Shown: one piece after another, positions 60,493-64,000 of the stretch
Position numbering within the stretch: the stretch's first letter is position 1
How the letters are laid out: each line of letters starts with the position of its first letter
Program-made: the position numbers and the translations under genes
Assembly: GCF_021869535.1 (NCBI RefSeq)
Contig: NW_026262581.1
Span: forward strand, 74,958,001 to 75,022,000
Reading direction: 5' to 3'
DNA from: Mytilus californianus
Lineage: Eukaryota
DNA length: 64,000 bases
The notes under the pieces: generated by a model
What the model saw: the letters and a program-made list of their open reading frames with translations, nothing else
Databases searched by the model: none
What the model was told of the DNA's origin: nothing

Positions 60493-61982
60493 AGTATCTT
60501 CAGCCTTTTCTCATCTGATGAATTTTTCTACCCTTTCCAGTCACTATAAAGTATTACAACTTTAATTTAGACACAACACATAAATAGTAATTGGAAAGGT
60601 ACTGCCATTGCATGTGTAATGCAAATATATTTTAAAAAAAAATAATGTAAGAGTTGAAATTTTTACAACTATCCATAAGCCAATTGACCAAAGAACGAAG
60701 ATTTGCACAATTACAGAATGCATATGCCTGGTTCGGGTTTAAAAATAAACGACCGTTTAAATACAAAACATGAGAAGCGACAGTAAACAGTAAAAATCGA
60801 TTTGTACCATGGACATGAAATTATGAGGTCGTCAAGAAATGAACTTTGTGATAATTTACTCATTCCCCAAACCTGAAATAATCCCATCGTCTACTTTCAA
60901 AATGCTTTTTAAATGAATGGGACCGTCTTTAACCTAAAATATATGCCATACTGAACGTTTCAGCTTGTTTATGGTGAGTAAACCTGCGTCTTACAAACAA
61001 CTGTTTACTTTCAGTTTGAGTTTATCGTGACTTACTATCTAAAAACTAGAGACTTCCAAAATCCTGTTTTGTAAACAAAGATTCATACGCACCGTGTGGG
61101 TATAACCGTATTACTAATTTCCGATTTTTAAAGTCTTCGTAAATCTGGATAAAGACCAGTTTCTATTCAATGGATATCAAAATGATTCCGATTTTCACTT
61201 TTTTTAATGATTGTAAAGTTGAAATGGCATGAAAGGCTGACATTATTTAGGAGAACTATTTTGTCTAGCGATTGCTGATCATTGGAGGGTAAAAAGTCCA
61301 ACACCATAACAAAACGGATCTATTTATCATGTATACATACCGATTGTTTACGATTGTAAGACATGTGCATAAAAGTGAAAGCTCGAATAAATATGAAAAA
61401 TATAACAAAGGGATAGCTCCAAATACCATTTAATAACAGAAAAAAAAGGGCAGGTCAAAATATCTTTTTGGTAAATAAAATAAAGTATGTAAACTGGTTC
61501 CTGACCGACTACAACACCTTGTTCGAGTGTAGCGTAATACAAGCAGATTCCAGTTAGTATGTAAAATAGTAAATATGAAACCGAGTGCGGTAGGCGGAGG
61601 CAATAATCGACTTCCGTAAGTTCTGGTCAATGGTATCGGAAACATGCCGCTGATAGCGTCATTTTCCAATAAAATGTCTATAATACTCTATTGTCAAAAG
61701 ATGGGAGAATTTTTCATGTTAGAGGCATATTCTTTTACTTTTTTAATTTCAGAAATTGAACCTATTTTTTTGCATATTCTTTTAACAATAACTGCTATAA
61801 GTAGTTGTCTGACAATTTTGGTCATCCTGTTGGTAGCTGTACTATGCAGGTTTTTCATTGTGTGTTTTAGTTTTATGGCATATGGTCTTTATAGACAAAT
61901 AGGAAGTTTTGTGCAGAAAAACACTGGTTTAACCCCACCACATTTTGTGCCTGTACATAGTTAGGCTAGCTTGATCATGTGT

Positions 61983-62197
61983 TGTCTGTTGTAGTTTGTA
62001 TGTCTGGGAAACGTCTATGTTTGTGGTAGATGGTGTCTGTTGTTGTTTGTATGTCTGGGAAACGTCTATGTTTGTGGTAGATGGTGTCTGTTGTTGTTTG
62101 TATGTCTAGTAAACGTCTATGTTTGTGGTAGATGGTGTCTGTTGTTGTTTGTATGTCTGGGAAACGTCTATGTTTGTGGTAGATGGTGTCTGTTGTT
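61983..62197. repeat. 51-bp tandem repeat, about 4.2 copies
   Basis: tgtctgttgttgtttgtatgtctgggaaacgtctatgtttgtggtagatgg. Confidence 0.95.
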
Positions 62198-62299
62198 CTG
62201 TGCAGTACTTCTATTATTCCTGATATAACTTTTTATGTTTTAGAAATCAAAAACTTTACATATAATACACACTATCCTTTCATTTGATCATGTAGATAA

Positions 62300-62305
62300 T
62301 TTATT
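62300..62305 (-). terminator. Candidate IPO9 polyadenylation signal
   Basis: AATAAA on the minus strand about 90 nt after the stop. Confidence 0.45.
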
Positions 62306-62394
62306 AGATATAATTTTCAATATTGTTTACATTGCACAGATCACCGCCTTGCAGTCCTGGAAATTTGTTAAAATTTAAAACTTAAAAATGTGCA

Positions 62395-62511
62395 CTACAC
62401 AGGTATGTTTATGGTCCGTAAAACACACTTCTCTGCTTCATTGTGATGGGCACAAAACATAGCATAACATGGCTGTTGTGATAAAGACTGTAAAAATTCT
62501 GTTAGATAAGC
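62395..62511 (-). CDS. IPO9: Importin-9 terminal exon
   Basis: tttgtctatttacAG|[38 protein letters not shown]; recognised as the IPO9 C-terminus (human ..[20 protein letters not shown]..). Confidence 0.9.
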   Translation of the reverse strand, partial: AYLTEFLQSLSQQPCYAMFCAHHNEAEKCVLRTINIPV

Positions 62512-63010
62512 CTGTAAATAGACAAAAAGTTATCATATTATATGTTTTAAATATACATGTAATGAAAAATTGCTTAAATTTGTTTTTTTAAACTTTCTTC
62601 GGAGCAAGCTAGAGGTTTCACTTAGCCTGTATCACACACCTCATGGTTTTCCCTAACCAATAAGAACACATCCACAGAGATTGGTAACTTTAGGGTTTTA
62701 TATAAAAAAAAACTGTTCAAGGTTTATCTCAAAGTTGGCCATCTGATGCAAGATCAAATTTGAAGATAATTCGTCTCATCTGAGGGATGCTGATAGGCGC
62801 AGCTTACTGTAGCCTACCTATAAAGTGACCCCAGTTAACACATGAACCTCAAAAATTCTAGTCTTTGAGAAACAGGTAGTCTAAAGAGACCATTTCAACC
62901 AAAAATCTGGAGTTTTCCAATTTTTGACTTCTCATGGACCTGCAACTCAAAGTAGTCAGTCCATAAGCGTAATAAAATTATAATCACAGTCAGTAGTTAT
63001 ATTCCTTGTA

Positions 63011-63314
63011 TTAAGTCTATTTGATAAATTGTCTTATAACATTTACCTGTAAGTCTATTTGATAAATTGAGCCTTTTAGTACTGTGAGACCATTTACCTG
63101 CCAAGCCTTATGATAAATTTGGTCATTTTTATAGTCTAATAACATTTATCTGTAAGTCTATCCTATAATTTGGGTCTTTTTTATATTCTAAGAACATTAA
63201 CCATGTAAACCTGTAAGTCAATTTGATAAATAGAGTCTCTTATTAGTCTAATAACATTTACCTGTAAGTTTAAAAGATGAACTGGGTCCTTTTAATAGTG
63301 TAAGGAACATTTAC
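63011..63314 (-). repeat. ~52-bp tandem repeat made of the IPO9 exon end plus its donor site
   Basis: ..atttatcaaatagacttacag|gtaaatgtt.. units; GT positions 63045, 63096, (63148 is AT), 63209, 63260, and the true donor at 63313. Confidence 0.85.
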
Positions 63315-63385
63315 CTGTAAGTCTATCTGATAAATTGGATCCTTTTTATAATCTGGATCTTCTTCCTCTTCCACATCATCTAAAC
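63315..63385 (-). CDS. IPO9: Importin-9 penultimate exon
   Basis: tttttatcttAG|(G)[23 protein letters not shown]|GTaaat, 71 nt, phase 1-0, in frame with 62395-62511. Confidence 0.9.
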
Positions 63386-64000
63386 CTAAGATAAAAAATA
63401 TTTCTGTTCAAAATAAAATCTAACAATTTGATACAAGAGTTGTCATGTTGAAGCCCGACTATATGGCATTGGTGAACGCAGTACGGGACCTATAAATGCT
63501 TACATCCACATCATTTAGACTCTTGTGGATAGTTTTAATTGACAATCATACCAAATCTCCTTATTTTTTTATTGACATATTTACAATAAAACATCTTGCT
63601 TGCTGCAATACTCTCGAACTGAGGACAACTTACTAGTCAAGTGAAATCTGTCAGGTATACACAGGTGTTCACACTGTACAACTCATCCTTGTCAAGCCGC
63701 TAACAAAATAAAAAGTCATTCTGTTTGGTAGTACCAGAGAAAAGTGTGAAGGGACTTTTTGTTGGACAAAAGGACAGAGGGATGAACAAGGTTAATGCAG
63801 TATAGCCCCCACTTTTAGAGAGAAAGAATGGACTGGCAGTGTTAAAACAGTGTACTCACCCTTCTTCAGAGCCAAGGTATAATCAGTGTTGGTGAGCAGT
63901 AAAGAGGTAAAGATTGCTTTCAAATTGCACTAAGAACTTAAATTTTAAACATTTGCATTGCAATAACTGACAAAATATGTCATACGTGTAGGCAATATTG

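Noticed and set aside
61644-61964. 106-aa hydrophobic ORF, also 62040..62228
   Set aside because: T-rich intergenic and tandem-repeat sequence near the IPO9 3' end; no splice or homology support.
63860-63929. Candidate IPO9 exon (AG...G|GTGAGT, CNLKAIFTSLLLTNTDYTLALKKG)
   Set aside because: Splice signals are present, but the peptide does not resemble the acidic IPO9 region expected here; the true upstream exon is probably beyond the window.

Overview
AT-rich metazoan genomic DNA with spliceosomal GT-AG introns. The repeat content (Penelope-like elements, HINE-type repeats, retrozyme relics, tRNA-SINEs) resembles a bivalve, probably a mytilid mussel; this is inference from repeat style only. 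Four genes can be rebuilt by hand from splice signals and reading phase. (1) A PRD-class-like homeobox gene (- strand) runs off the left edge. (2) A complete secreted lectin gene (+, 12078-21335, 458 aa): signal peptide, CxxC/helical segment, 7 intact Ca-binding EGF exons, 4 decayed EGF pseudo-exons and an EPN/WND C-type lectin domain. (3) A divergent Dmrt-family gene with TWO DM zinc modules (+, 32186-46628, about 248 aa); its last two coding exons are repeated in an apparently identical 7793-bp tandem duplication. (4) The last two exons of importin-9 (-). Top leads: the double-DM gene; two Penelope-associated minimal hammerhead ribozymes with compensatory covariation, including a U3-A8 core; the EGF exon birth-and-death array; and a tandem array of copied IPO9 splice donors. 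All gene models are manual, with no RNA or database support.
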